From Podarcis bocagei (Eukaryota), in assembly GCA_964188305.1 (NCBI GenBank), contig OZ076890.1: DNA of 64,000 nt. One strand, written 5' to 3'. Under the pieces are notes generated by a model, which was not told the DNA's origin, ran no database searches, and saw only the letters and a list, made by a program, of their open reading frames with translations. A program made the position numbers and the translations under genes. Below, in pieces: positions 52,031-64,000 of this stretch; within the stretch, counting starts at the first letter, position 1, and each line of letters begins with the position of its first letter.

Positions 52031-53445
52031 ACAAAACAATTCACTACCGGTAAGATGCTGAGGTTTCCCACAGAAATGAAGCTCCCCCGCCTCCCTCTGG
52101 CGACATAACTTGACTGTATGTCCTTTAGTCTCTTAGGACAGTTTCATGTGACATCATATCCTGTGCACATATATAGTAAATGCGGCAGTGGTTGGTGGGC
52201 CAACACCCACCAGTTGTGGCTTGAGTGAATTGGTCTTTATGAAACGATAGCTTGAGTTGTTGTTGCCAAAGAGAAATGAGCTAAACTGGCAACAAGTGAG
52301 ATGAAGTTCTTAATGATTTCAAAACCAGGTTGTCTGCCTCTCTTAATACTTCATTATAGGAGTGAAGAAAGCTGGACATATTTGTCCTCTTGGAAATGCG
52401 TATGCTTGTCCCAAGTATAGAACTGGAACCAAGACACACATAGGATAAGCTTGGCAATTCTCAACTGGCAAAGATGTCGCATTGTTGGCAGCATCTTAGG
52501 GACTGCTCCTGAGAAACCAGCAATTAGAATAGCAGGGACTGTGAGAGCCAGGCAGTGAGGTACATTGACAGAATTAGTGTGGGGAAGTCACATAGTAATT
52601 TGCTTCTTTCTGACACTCCCGCTGTAACTGGTGCTGGTGGCCTTTTCTCTCTTATTTATTTCATAAATATGTAACATTAGAAACAAATAAATGCACACTT
52701 TATCTTTTCCAAATTCTATTTAAAGTTACAGTGTTCTGCAAAATGTTCTGCATGGTGTTTATCGGTTTCTTCCGTTTCCAGGGCTCCAGTCAGCATGAGG
52801 GATCTGTACCATTTTTTACTATTTTCAGAATGTTTTTCTTTGCCTTTGATATTGCCAAGGAAAGTGGCGCTAGAAACCCATTTGCTGCCATGTAACGTTA
52901 GGAAGAAAACATTTGTATAATGTATGCAAGCTAGAAGTCCAAATTATGTTTTGGAAATTTGTGGAGAGGCAAGACTGTTCCTTCCTTGGATCATTTCCTT
53001 TTGTGCTCAGAACTTCTATGACCTAATACCCTACAGTGTTTTGAAAAGGCATTGACCTCTGCACCTGAACTTCAAGAGATTTGGATCATAACTAGAGGGT
53101 TAAGGCTTCAAGATCTGGAAACACATTCTAACCTTTTTGTGTGACATTGGTTGCGTATGTGAAATGAACTTTATCGTATGTTTCTTTCTGAAGTCTGGAA
53201 AGTGCCCTGTGGAAGAATTCTATTCATGATGTCGTTTATAGTGAGCTGTAATGAGCTGTATACAAGGAGCATGTGTGTTTGAGTGAAGAGGAAAGCGTTT
53301 AGGAATGCAGATAGATATTGGCTCACATTTTATTACTTTTCATCATTTTCATCATCCATAGTTCTTTAGCAAGCTCCAAATGTAGAGTATCTCCCAATGC
53401 TGGATGTTGAAACATCTTTCTAGGGAACTCTACAGTCTAGAGATA

Positions 53446-53671
53446 CAGTGATACCTTGCTTCTTGAACTTAATCCACACTGGGAGTCTGTTTGATTCCCG
53501 AAACTGTTTGAAAACCAAGGTGCGGCTTCCGATTGGCTGCAGGAGCTCCCTGCACTCAATTGGAAGCTGCGTCAGACGTTCGGCTTCCGAAAAACGTTCG
53601 CAAACCGGAGCACTTACTTCCAGGTTTGCAGCGTTTGACAACTATGCCATTTGAGAACCAAGGTATCACTG
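53446..53671. mobile_element. Tigger-like MITE, related subfamily
   Basis: TA-CAGTGATACCTTG...CAAGGTATCACTG-TA. Confidence 0.8.
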
Positions 53672-53858
53672 TACTAAGCCTGCTTGTTAATATTATTGCT
53701 CATCCCAAGAAGTCAGAGGGCTCAGGATGGTTGGTTTAATTCACCTCCTGATTCGTCCCTGGAATCAGCAGGCAAATGATTCAATAAGTTACTGTCCCAA
53801 AATAAGTAGTTTTTGTAGACAGAACAGGAGTGGTACTGGTGATGATGATGCACAGATC

Positions 53859-54100
53859 CAGTGGTACCTCGGGTTAAGTACTTAATTCGTTCTGGAGGTC
53901 CGTTCTTAACCTGAAACTATTTTTAACCTGAAGCACCACTTTAGTTAATGGGGCCTCCCACTGCCGCTGCGCCGCTGGAGCACAATTTCTGTTCTCATCC
54001 TGAAGCAAAGTTCTTAACCCGAGGTACTATTTCTGAGTTAGCGGAGTCTGTAACCTGAAGCGTATGTAACCTGAAGTGTATGTAACCCGAGGTACCACTG
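53859..54100. mobile_element. Tigger/pogo-like MITE, same family, with an extra 16-bp subterminal repeat
   Basis: TIRs; TGTAACCTGAAG(C/T)GTA reiterated. Confidence 0.88.
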
Positions 54101-54922
54101 TACATTCTACAATGGATATCAGTGGGTTGACCAACCTACCAACCTCCTTCCCCTGGAAGCATATCCAATCCAAACAAAACACTAAGAAGAAAAGGTATGT
54201 TACATCAAGGGACGGAGGAAGAGAAACAAAGCTGTGACAGAAGAGGAAGGGTTTTGGTTAAAATGGGTAAAGCAGGTCTTAAAATGAGGGGAGCAGGTCT
54301 TCAGAAGTGTGGCGTAATATATGGATGATTCTTAGCCCATGATACACCAGTGTGGTGCCTTTAAGCACACTTGTGCCCACAGAAGCCTTCCATGGTGCCC
54401 ACAGTTTCACCCCCTGCTGAAATTAGGCTTGAAAGAAGCCTGTATTAGCCAGTTGAGGCCTTTACCTCCCAAGCTCGGGGGGTGATTTCAAGGAGGTTAC
54501 AGCTGGGCTGGGAAGAGTTGCAGTGCATGTGTTCACAAGGGTTCTTCTGCTTCACAAACAGTCCCCAAAGGTCAGTGATAAGAGTCCACAGTTGTTGATT
54601 TAGGAATCTAACTGCGGGCTTTGGGATTCGTTGACTACTTAGACTTTTTACCATTTGACAATTAGGTTTGCCTTCATCTCTCTTGGGAGTTAAAGGATGC
54701 TTTCAAAGCAGAAGTGTGTGTCAGTTTTGTAGTGGAGATTTAAAGGCTGGCATCTTTAAGCTCTGAGCTCACTGTTTGTAGAATTCAACAAAACAATATT
54801 TTGCTTTGCTGGCACTTGCCCTTCACTAGTTAAATCAACGAGACTCGTTCCTTTGATTCACTGGGTTGGAGCGCTAATCCCTGCATTCATACATCCTTCT
54901 TTAAAACATGCATCATACATAC

Positions 54923-55096
54923 CTCTCCCATGGGCTTTTCATAGATATCCTCCTGCCATAGTGTAGCCTTGGCTTGTATAGCATCTCGCTGAAGTGCTTC
55001 AAGGACCTTTTTTGGAGTAACAAAGCCATATTGCGCTTCAAGTAAAGCCAGGTTAATTTTTTCAGCCTTTAAAACTCCTATGACTTCATCCTGCGC
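54923..55096 (-). CDS. FILIP1L: FILIP1L second coding exon (174 nt, [13 protein letters not shown]...IYEKPMGE)
   Basis: Contains [24 protein letters not shown] of the FILIP1/CTTNBP2 CortBP2 domain. Acceptor ttttctcAG, donor GAG|gtatgt; phase 0/0. Confidence 0.96.
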
Positions 55097-56527
55097 CTGA
55101 GAAAACACAGTTACTCCAGTGAGATGAATTCTGGATATCAGCTGTTTGCAACAATGGTATTGAATTAATTCCTATTTTATTTTTTAAGGTCAGCTTTTCA
55201 TGCAAGTTGCCTTTACTGCTGCCAGTCCTTTGTCAATTCATCTGGCATGTGAGTGATTGGAAAAGGAAAACTTTGCCTCTTTAAACAGGAACAGGGAACC
55301 TGTTGCCCTCCAAGTATCATTGGACACTCAACTCTCAACATCTCTGATCATTTGCAGTGCCAAGGGTCACAGGTCCCCATCCTTGTTATAAGACAACAGT
55401 AGTAATTTAAAACAATATTTCATCCCCCCCTTCACCTTTGCCTACCACATTCTTTGTTCTCTTACCTCTGGCTTCTGTTGCCATCCCCTTATCCCAATCA
55501 GTCACTTTCCGTTTTAGTCAATGCCTGTATCTTCCAGATGTTGGCAGTGTGTATGGAAATATGGCAGTTAAAAAAAGGACTGTCAATCAGCAGTAGGAAA
55601 TGTGGTGTCTCCCAGATGTTTCTGGAAACAACTCCCATCTCCCCTGTCCTTTGACCATGCTGGTGGAGACTGGTGAGAGTTATAGCCCAATACATGTGGA
55701 GGGTACCACATTGGCTATTCTTGGTGGAGATAAGAGGGCAGGTGGCAGGCCCCAGCATGCACATGTTAGGGTGGGCTGGCCAAACAGATAACGTAATGCT
55801 TTATGGTCAAACGCGTGCTTTTTCTTACTAGACAAGTTTTGTAAGGAAAAGAACGACTTGAAGGTATTGGCAGCTGTTTTCGGAGTTTCGTGTCACTCAT
55901 TCCTCCTGGGGGAAGCCAAGGAGCAAGGGTACAAAGTCACCCTTTGTTGTTTTAAGTCAAACCAGAAAACCGTCTGCTACTATTGTTACATATACGTGGT
56001 TGTGCACTGAAGCCAGCGAGGTACACATTGCAGAGGATGTGACCTTCCGCAGCATGCATTCCAATAGCATGCAATAATGGCAGCTCTTTAAAACAAGATT
56101 AATTGGCCTAGAAGTTGGCAGGGTGACCCGTGTATGTTTGTGATTACCTATATAATACAATACTCCATACACGTGGCCAAGATTTCTTCAAAAATAATTA
56201 ATGGTATTAAGGATGTTGGATTTCAGGTGTCATGGCTTAGATCCCTCAAAGCCCTTAGAAGAAGCAGGCGCTTTAAATTGGCTGATGTAAGATGCTAATA
56301 ATAATAAAAAGGGCCTTTTACAGTCATAGCCGGTGGAGACTCTGCTTCTGTATCTTTAGCTGCTTTGACAACACGCAAGCGGAGAGATGGAGTTTATCAT
56401 TTATTTTGAAAAGAGATAAATGAATAGCCCAGGTGAAGCCAAGCTCCTGAAATCCCCTTTGGCTGTAATGAAATAAATGGCACATAAAAGTGCTTCGCTT
56501 GAGCTGGACGGCACTCTTAAAGTGGAA

Positions 56528-56737
56528 GGAGCCATAGCTCAGTGGTAGAGTGCCATATGGGAAATCCTAAATTTTAATCCCAGTATTTCCAGAGTAAAAA
56601 CACAAAAACCCAGGAATCAGGTAATGGAGACCTTGAAATCAATCCGAGTAGACAATACATGCTGCCAGTCAGAGTGTACAATACTGGCTGGATGAACAAA
56701 TAGCATGACGTGGTATAAATCTGCTTCCCATGTTCCT
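56528..56737 (+). mobile_element. Old tRNA-derived SINE, same family
   Basis: GGAGCCATAGCTCAGTGGTAGAG head; GCTGCCAGTCAG body; ATGTTCCT tail. Confidence 0.7.
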
Positions 56738-57113
56738 GTGAAGTTGGATGTATAAGTACCTTTATTTCCTAAAAAACCCAACGTGTTTGATTGCCTTCCC
56801 CCCTTTCCATCTCAACAGGTAGCATTTCACACGGTTCTTTCTTTTAGACTGCAGCCCTATAAACACTTACGTGGGAGCAATTCCTATTGAAGTCAGTGAG
56901 ACTTAATTATGAATAGATATGCAGAGGATTGCTCTGTAAATCACTATGCTACATTATCACTGACTTTTTTTAAAAAAACACACAGTCTGATGTCTTATTT
57001 GTCACATGTAAATTAATATATTCATGTTGTTTTTACATCAGTGATAGCAACAGAGCTCTCAAAATGGGAAGCAAGAGCTGTGTATTTATAATAAAACGAA
57101 AAAATATACTCAC

Positions 57114-57380
57114 TTGTAATTCTCCCTCAAGCACGCTCAGAAGAAATAAAAGATCGTCGCGAGAAAGATCTCCCCTTTTGGAATAGTTTCTTTGTTTCTT
57201 GTCTGAATCAGGGCTTCTCAGGATAGTGTCTGTTGTCGCTGCAAAGTCCTTTTCTGTTTTTCTCCTCTTCATTTTTACCTTCTCGGTGCCAGGGGTGTCT
57301 TCTGTATAAGTGTCACTTGGCATTTTTTGAGAATGTTTTGACTTGGAAGAATGTTCTGTGCTGTTACTTCTGGAACGCAT
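57114..57380 (-). CDS. FILIP1L: FILIP1L first coding exon (89 aa, MRSRSNSTEH...DLSRDDLLFLLSVLEGELQ); exon starts at 57390 with 10 nt of 5'UTR
   Basis: Translation matches the recalled FILIP1L N-terminus (MRSR...DLSRDDLLFLLS.LEGELQ, start of the CortBP2 domain). Acceptor ccttcaccAG precedes 57390; donor CAA|gtgagt follows 57114; phase 0. Confidence 0.95.
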
Positions 57381-57904
57381 TTCCAAATACCTGGTGAAGG
57401 AAGATCAAAAACCAATGGTAAAAACCTAAAGTAACACAAAATATAATAGTGTTGTGGATAACGGAATTGTCTTTGGGTCTGGTACATTCTAGGCAAGGTC
57501 TCTTAACCAAGACACATTTTCAGTCAGGCAAGTAAACAGACCATGAACTTTATCCAGGATACCTTGTAAAAGTAGATGGGATGGTAAGATGGAACTCTCA
57601 CATTTTCTGTGACGGCTTTTGCAGCCAGTCCTGTTAAATAAAACTGCATCAGAACTGTGAAGATGAGAATTCAATTCGATCTTGAATCTTATCAAAGATT
57701 CTAGCAATTTACTTATATTATGAAGTTGTTATGTTATTACAAAATAAAGTAGTGAAGTACTACACCTGTTTGCATATAGACTGCTTCCAGATGACCTGCA
57801 TATTGAGGGTACATCCTTATTTGTGTGCAAAAAGTTTGCCAAAAGTCTAGGGAACGTTGGTTGCTTATTTGCACATCCAGCCAGATTTGTGGGGAGGTAG
57901 TACA

Positions 57905-58051
57905 CAGTGCTATTTTTCCAGAAAAAGAGGTGCCAGAACTCACCATGAAACACCTCCCTTGTTCTCTTAGAATGGCAATGGCGCCCAACTAAGAGGTGCC
58001 GGAAACTGAGTTCCAGCGAGTTCCGACTTAAAAAAAAAAAAAAAAGCCCTG
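57905..58051. mobile_element. Non-autonomous hAT-like element
   Basis: Termini CAGTGCTATTTTT ... AAAAAAGCCCTG; degenerate 8-bp TSD GTAGTACA/GTTATACA; internal AAGAGGTGCC(A/G)GAA repeated. Confidence 0.65.
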
Positions 58052-60714
58052 GTTATACATTGTTTCAAGAATTTTTTATTCTATATTTCCCATCATTTTT
58101 TAACCATAAAAGTGTGTGTGTGTTTGAGTGTTTGAAATGAATTTGTTGTACAAGAACACTAAATCCATTTGGATTGAATCCAAACCACAAAATATCAATA
58201 ACTTAGAAGCGCTCATAAATATCTGAAGAACAGAGAATTTTATACCCAGTGCATGTGATGTGCATGTCCCCTCAGTACAGTCGGAATTGTCTGTTGAGTT
58301 GCCATGTAGATCTGTTTGTGGGATTGTGCCTGGGCAGGTGAAGAAATATCCTTGGGATGGACCTGGGGATATACCTGCAATGCTGGTGTTACATTACAGG
58401 AACCTAACCTAGGAAGCTGCTTTCTACCAAGCCAGACCATCTAGCTCCAACACCAGCTCTCTGGTCTTTCAGAAGCTGTTTTCCCTAACCCTACCTAGAA
58501 ACGGCAGAGATTGAATGTGACGGCAACAAGAACATTGTATTACACCTGAAAATGGTTGGTTAAATTGGTGTGGAGCAACATGCTCATTCACCGAGTATAT
58601 AGCAACTTCTTTTAAAAGAATTGTGAGAAGAAAAGCATTTTTAAAACAACAACTGGGTGAAGTGGAAACTGATGGTATATTTTAGAAGGAGTGTATTGAA
58701 TATTCCCAGCAATAGTCACTTATGGACTGTTTTAGAAAGCTAGGATGATGAGCATTGCAGCTATTTCTTAGTACCCTAACCAGAAAACATGGATGGAACG
58801 TGGATTTGGAAAAAGTGTTTTCCTCCATACACAGACAGCTGGATAAAGTGGTTAGAAGGAACCTGAATTAAATACCATGCTGTTATGTTATTCCATCACA
58901 GTGGCAGGTGGTTTGTAATACAGAGGTGTCCCTAATATAACTGTCTGACATGCCAGATGAATAGTTACACACATAATATATTATATTTCAGAGCGAGTGA
59001 ATACATTTTCTGTGTGTGTTTAAAAAAATAAATATAGTTGCCCTTTATGAGTTGTATCTGTGAAGCAGCACATGATAAAATCTTCTGGAACTTTACTTAT
59101 ATATTCTGTCAATCTGGCAACAGTTTGTTTTTGACTTCTTCAAAATTGTATACTGTTTATTATATTCTGTGAAGTTATAACTTTTAACTTTATAAATATT
59201 CTTTAAATATAATAACTTTCTGTGCCTGTTTGGCAGAAATCAGGTACATTTTTTCAAAATAACTGCATTTTTCAAAATAACAGTTCCTGTGGCATTTATA
59301 ATTGCTCACTGTTGAATCAATTTGATCAAATTCAGCATATTGATAAATTTATATTTATGTATTTTGTCATATTTTTAAAATATATGTATATATTTTTAAA
59401 AGGACACTTAAAAAAAAAGTTTTTATTAGTGATTCTGGAAGATTTAAGGCCCTGAATGGGGGATGCCCCATTCTGTAATGGGTCTTTCAGCATAAGTAAT
59501 TGATTTATGAATCAACACAATCACTCTTTGAAGCATATATTCCATTTCCCTATGGTATGCAACTTTGATTACTGACTCCTCGCTTCAAAATGTTCTGACT
59601 CACAAATAAATTAAGTCTCCTTTTCAGTACCTAAACTTTAAATGCATCCTGTCATATTGGAAAGTTCATCATCCTTTTCAAAAGAAATTCCCTGGTGCTT
59701 CTGCCATGATTCCATGTGTAGATGTGGTTTCTGGTACTTCAGGACTTAATTTGAAAGAATGGTTAATACACATGACTCTGGTTTTTAGGATGCTCTGGGT
59801 GTGGTAACTTCACATATGATAGCATTAAATGGACATAGAGATGATAAAGGCCTGTTTTATATCAAGACTTATCCCGGCTTTCATTGGTCTTCGTGATTCC
59901 TCTCATTGCATTGCTTTTCTCTTTGGCATTATTAATGCTTTGAAGACATGAATGAAAGCTGTGGTGGACATGTTGAAACTCCTCCAAAGGGATGTTTTAT
60001 ATTACACCGAACTTGGATGACTAATGCATCAGGCAGCTGGTTTTGTGGCCTGTTTCGGTTTAGCAGAGGGTGTAAAGTGGTAAGAAACACTGGTGCTTCT
60101 ATGAAGCAAATAATTGATTCTTTAGAACCTTGGCATTTTATTTTCCTTTTTTTTTCCTTTTAGCAGACCTCTATTTCTTGGGATTCCTTTGTAGTTCAAT
60201 ATTTTTGATTATTTAGGGGAAGTGCCTTTCAAAACATGCTTCGCATGTTTCTGATTTTATCCTAGCTGCTGACTTAAGTAGTTTGCACCAGGGCTTGATG
60301 GAAAAAATTCACCACCTCCTTAACTAATTAGATCTAGATTGGATTAACACAACTTTTCCTTCCAGGTGACTCTTTGTAATCTCCGTGCATAGTTTGATGA
60401 ACTGTAGTGTAGTCTGAACTTGGATATATTTGTTTCCTTAAGCTGGTTGTGTTTGGGTTGGCCCATGCTCAGAAGGCTTCTTTTCACCCATTTGCAGTGA
60501 CCTTGTGCATACTCAGCTATCTCCTTTATTCCCTTGCCTGTTCTCCCCAGTCCCAATTTCCATACTCTCTCTCTCAATGCTACCCTCCTCCCAGTCCAGG
60601 CTTGGAGCTATCCCCTCCTGAATGCAGCACAGTGTGATAACGGTTGTGGGCATTGCTGTGTCTGTGCAACAAGGAAAGGTTCTATTTGCTATGGACATTC
60701 ACCAACTCCTAGAG

Positions 60715-60850
60715 CAGTGGTTCTCAACCTTGGGTCCTAAGATGTTTTTGGCCTACAACTCCCATGATCCCTAGCTCACAGGACCAGTGGTCAGGGATGA
60801 TGGGTGTTGTAGGCCAAAAACATCTGGGGACCCAAGGTTGAGAAAGGCTG
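60715..60850. mobile_element. hAT-type fold-back MITE (136 bp)
   Basis: Palindromic, same core as 6108-6243; perfect 8-bp TSD TCCTAGAG. Degenerate relatives lie near 7760, 9316, 22860, 27640, 43770, 55270, 55590 and 63340. Confidence 0.88.
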
Positions 60851-62145
60851 TCCTAGAGGTCCCTTCAGCCCCGCCATAAAATATTTGAGGGGCCACCCCA
60901 AAAAAGTTGGTGGGCATTGCCATTCAAAGGTGTGTGCGTGCCATGTCATGTGATCAGTTATGCAGGGTGGGGCTTACCTGTCCCCCCCCCCATATTTTAT
61001 TCAAGTTGGCATATCTCCCTGGGGGAAATTACTCTTCTCTGGGGAGACAAACTGCCGGCCATTACAAGAACCGTATGAGAGAGGTGTGGCATTCATTCAT
61101 AGAGATCACAGCACATGAGGGTAGAGGGAGATTTTTCCTCTTTCCCTTCCCAGTCCAGCTGTATTTATCTCTAGGTGCATTGATCTGCTCCTAGAGATTT
61201 ATTTCTCTTTTTTAAAAAAAGAGGAAGCTATGTAGTCTTGCAACTGCAGTGCTTTAAAACATTGGTTTGTACAGTCAATGTGCACTGCAGGTTGTAGTTG
61301 CCCATCAAGAAAAGAATCAAATCTATTCTTTGCATTCCCTTCTCCCTACCCACCCACAAACTTTTTCATCTTGGAAGTGCTAGGGGTGTACATGTTGAAG
61401 CTTTGTCCTAAGAAGAAATTGTAGAATGGGCAGTAGCATAGTGAAAACAATGTCCTCATTATCGTTCCCAGTTTACTCCTGAAAACTTCTGAAGCAATCT
61501 GACAGAGACAGCTTTACTTAAACCTTTTTCTGTCTGGGAATATTCACTTCAACTTAGCCAGTTTTCACACACATAAAAAAAGAAAAGAAGCCACAGCCCT
61601 TTGATCTTCCTGTTCTCAGGCTACTCAAACGTGCTTAGTAATGTCTGATAAATCGGCATGCTTGATCCTTTCATGAATTCATGTTGGTGGAAGACCTAGG
61701 AATTTACAACCATCATCAGCGTTCTCCTGTTAGCTATAAGCATAGAATATTTTTGTGGCGGTAAAAAAAGAATAAGGAAGTATAAAAAATGTTTTTAATT
61801 TGAGAAGCAATGAAAGGCACAACTTTATATTTAAATATGCCTTTTACATTGGTAAAATCATGCAAGATATAAATCAAGAAAGGGATAAGTTGTCCCAGAT
61901 GGACAGGGTATAAATATTGTTGTGTTGTTGTTGTAGTAGTAGTAGTAGTTGTTGTTTGTCAATAGTGGTTGATCTTTCAAATGTATAGTTTTGGGAGCTG
62001 GCTCTCATTCTTTTTTATATAGATTCAATAATGGACCTGAAGAAGGTAATATTTAGTTACCTAGCTAATTTTCTTTGCATACTTATCCATCACATACATG
62101 CAAGAAAGAAAAGGCATGGTGATGGTGGAAGTTGTGGTCTCAATA

Positions 62146-62392
62146 CAGTGGTACCTCTGGATACGAACAGGATCCGTTCCGGAGCCCCGTTCACATCCTG
62201 AAGTAAATGCAACCTGTGCGTCTGTGCGTGTGCGGGTCGCCACTTCCGTGCATGTGCATGACGTCATTTTGAGAATCTGTGCATGCGCGAGCGGCGAAAC
62301 CCGGAAGTAACACATTCCGTTACTTTCGGGTCGCCGCGGAGCGCAACCCGAAAGCACTCAACCTGAAGCAACTTTAACCTGAGGTATGACTG
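62146..62392. mobile_element. Tigger-like MITE, related CpG-rich subfamily
   Basis: TA-CAGTGGTACCTC...GAGGTATGACTG-TA. Confidence 0.8.
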
Positions 62393-64000
62393 TATTCTTG
62401 AAGCTAAACTGGTCTGGGTCTGTTTGGTGCTGAGATGGAGGATCACCTGGGAACCCCATTTGTGCTGCTTTGGGTTCCATCGTAGAAGAAAGGCACAATA
62501 TAAATGTAGTAAATAGACAGCCTGACCAGTCCCAGAAATATATTCATTTATTTGTTTCATAAAATTTATATACCACTTGATTATAAAAAACAACAACTTC
62601 AAAGTGGTTATGAACTTTCCTTTTGCCAGCAGATGTCAAACTGTTTAAGTCATTTAAGTCCATGATGGAAAAATACATCTTTTGATTCACAAATGATGAA
62701 TCATTTGTGTCTGGAAAGGCAGCGTATAAATTAATAAACTGAACTTTAAAAATGGGTTCTTAAATTAATTGCATCTTTTGCAGAAGTCCGAGTGTCTTGA
62801 GCTTCCAATTCCCCACAATTAGCATACTGTTTGAAGTGAGATTTGTGGATCTTATTGCAGGTTGCATTGATCACCCACATATTGTGTGAATTATGGGAAC
62901 TGGAAGCATCAGGCACATGTGCTAATGTAAGCCAAGCAGCTAACGTAACATATGAGCTAGCTCTTTGGTGTAATTGCTTCTGGCCTGCATGCTCTTGAGT
63001 CTACTGCTGTGCCTAGTCCTGGTTAGCTTATGCATCTAGGTAGTAACCCTCTGACCTGTAATGTTCAAAGACTCAATATGCTGTTTCTACCCATGAAAGT
63101 ATGTTATTTTTCTGGTTTGTCAACATTAAAAGTGCTATCTGTTGGCTTTAACATGCAAGCTGACATCAGTGCTAGCAGATTTCGTTCCCGTTCTTCACAT
63201 GCATAAGGGGATGTTTGTCTTTCTCAGTTAGGAATAGAGCGGACGTTGTCCTTTCTTTACTTCTCTTATTTAGCGCATGTAACTTTTCAAACTATTGCTC
63301 ACTTTTTCAGATTGCATTGAAAGTGTTTCTAAAAAATAGGGGTGTGGAACCTGTGGCCCCCCCCCCAGATGTCATTGGACTACAGCTCCCATTATTCCTG
63401 ACCTTTCGTCATGTTGGCTGTGGATGGGAGTTGTAATCCAGAAATCTGGTTTGAAAAGCAGCAATTCTTTTCTTCCCTAACATGGAGTCAGTGGGGTTGT
63501 AAGCAAACTAAGTTGAAGTTAAATCCCATTGACTTCAATAGGAACTAGTTCCAACTCACATTGTCTAGATACAACCAAATAACTATGGAAATGGTGTTTC
63601 AACAAGGATGCCAACTCAACACACCTTTCAGTCAATTTGCTTCCTTAATTACGAGGACAGATTTTAGAGTAATCTTATCTCACATGGTTCTGTGGAGTGA
63701 AACTGATCAATAGGATTTGCTTGAAGCCTTCTAGTTAACATGCTGCTACTAATAAGATTCAGGTAGTAGGGCAAGAAGGGAAGTGATCAATTTAAGTTGT
63801 TTTGGTTGTATAAGGCTATAAGCAACCAAGTCTGTCTACATATTGGCATCCAGGAGGTAACTATTGAATAGGTGACAAGTTTTAAAATACATTCCAGAGC
63901 AAAGGTTGCATTATTTTGAAAGTCATAACCTTTCAACCTTACACTGGTTTAACATTTAGATGTTTCTATTTTGATGCTCAAGAAACCTGCAGATAACTCA

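Noticed and set aside
1-64000. CMSS1 exons on the plus strand
   Set aside because: Expected host gene by mammalian synteny, but no CMSS1-like coding exon is recognisable in this window.

Overview
Vertebrate genomic DNA, most likely from a squamate (lacertid-type) lizard, judging by the Sauria SINEs and lizard-type L2/CR1-tailed SINEs and MITEs. The window holds the whole coding region of FILIP1L (filamin A-interacting protein 1-like) on the minus strand. It has four coding exons (57114-57380, 54923-55096, 49096-49274, 1702-4489), all with GT-AG boundaries, totalling 3408 nt = 1135 aa + stop. The non-coding first exon appears to lie beyond the window. In mammals FILIP1L sits antisense inside a CMSS1 intron; no plus-strand exons are visible here. 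The rest is intronic DNA with many small non-autonomous elements and one 144-N gap. Highlights: (1) a ~930-bp Penelope-like/retrozyme-like element at 23579-24509, inserted in a (TA)n tract, with 263-bp terminal inverted repeats and three identical minimal hammerhead-ribozyme motifs (two tandem, 517 nt apart, and one inverted); (2) a candidate internal FILIP1L promoter/first exon at ~21036-21212 with a perfect CArG box, a CRE-like site, an MCAT motif and a strong splice donor; (3) a candidate alternative coding first exon at 6849-7036 that splices in frame to the large exon.
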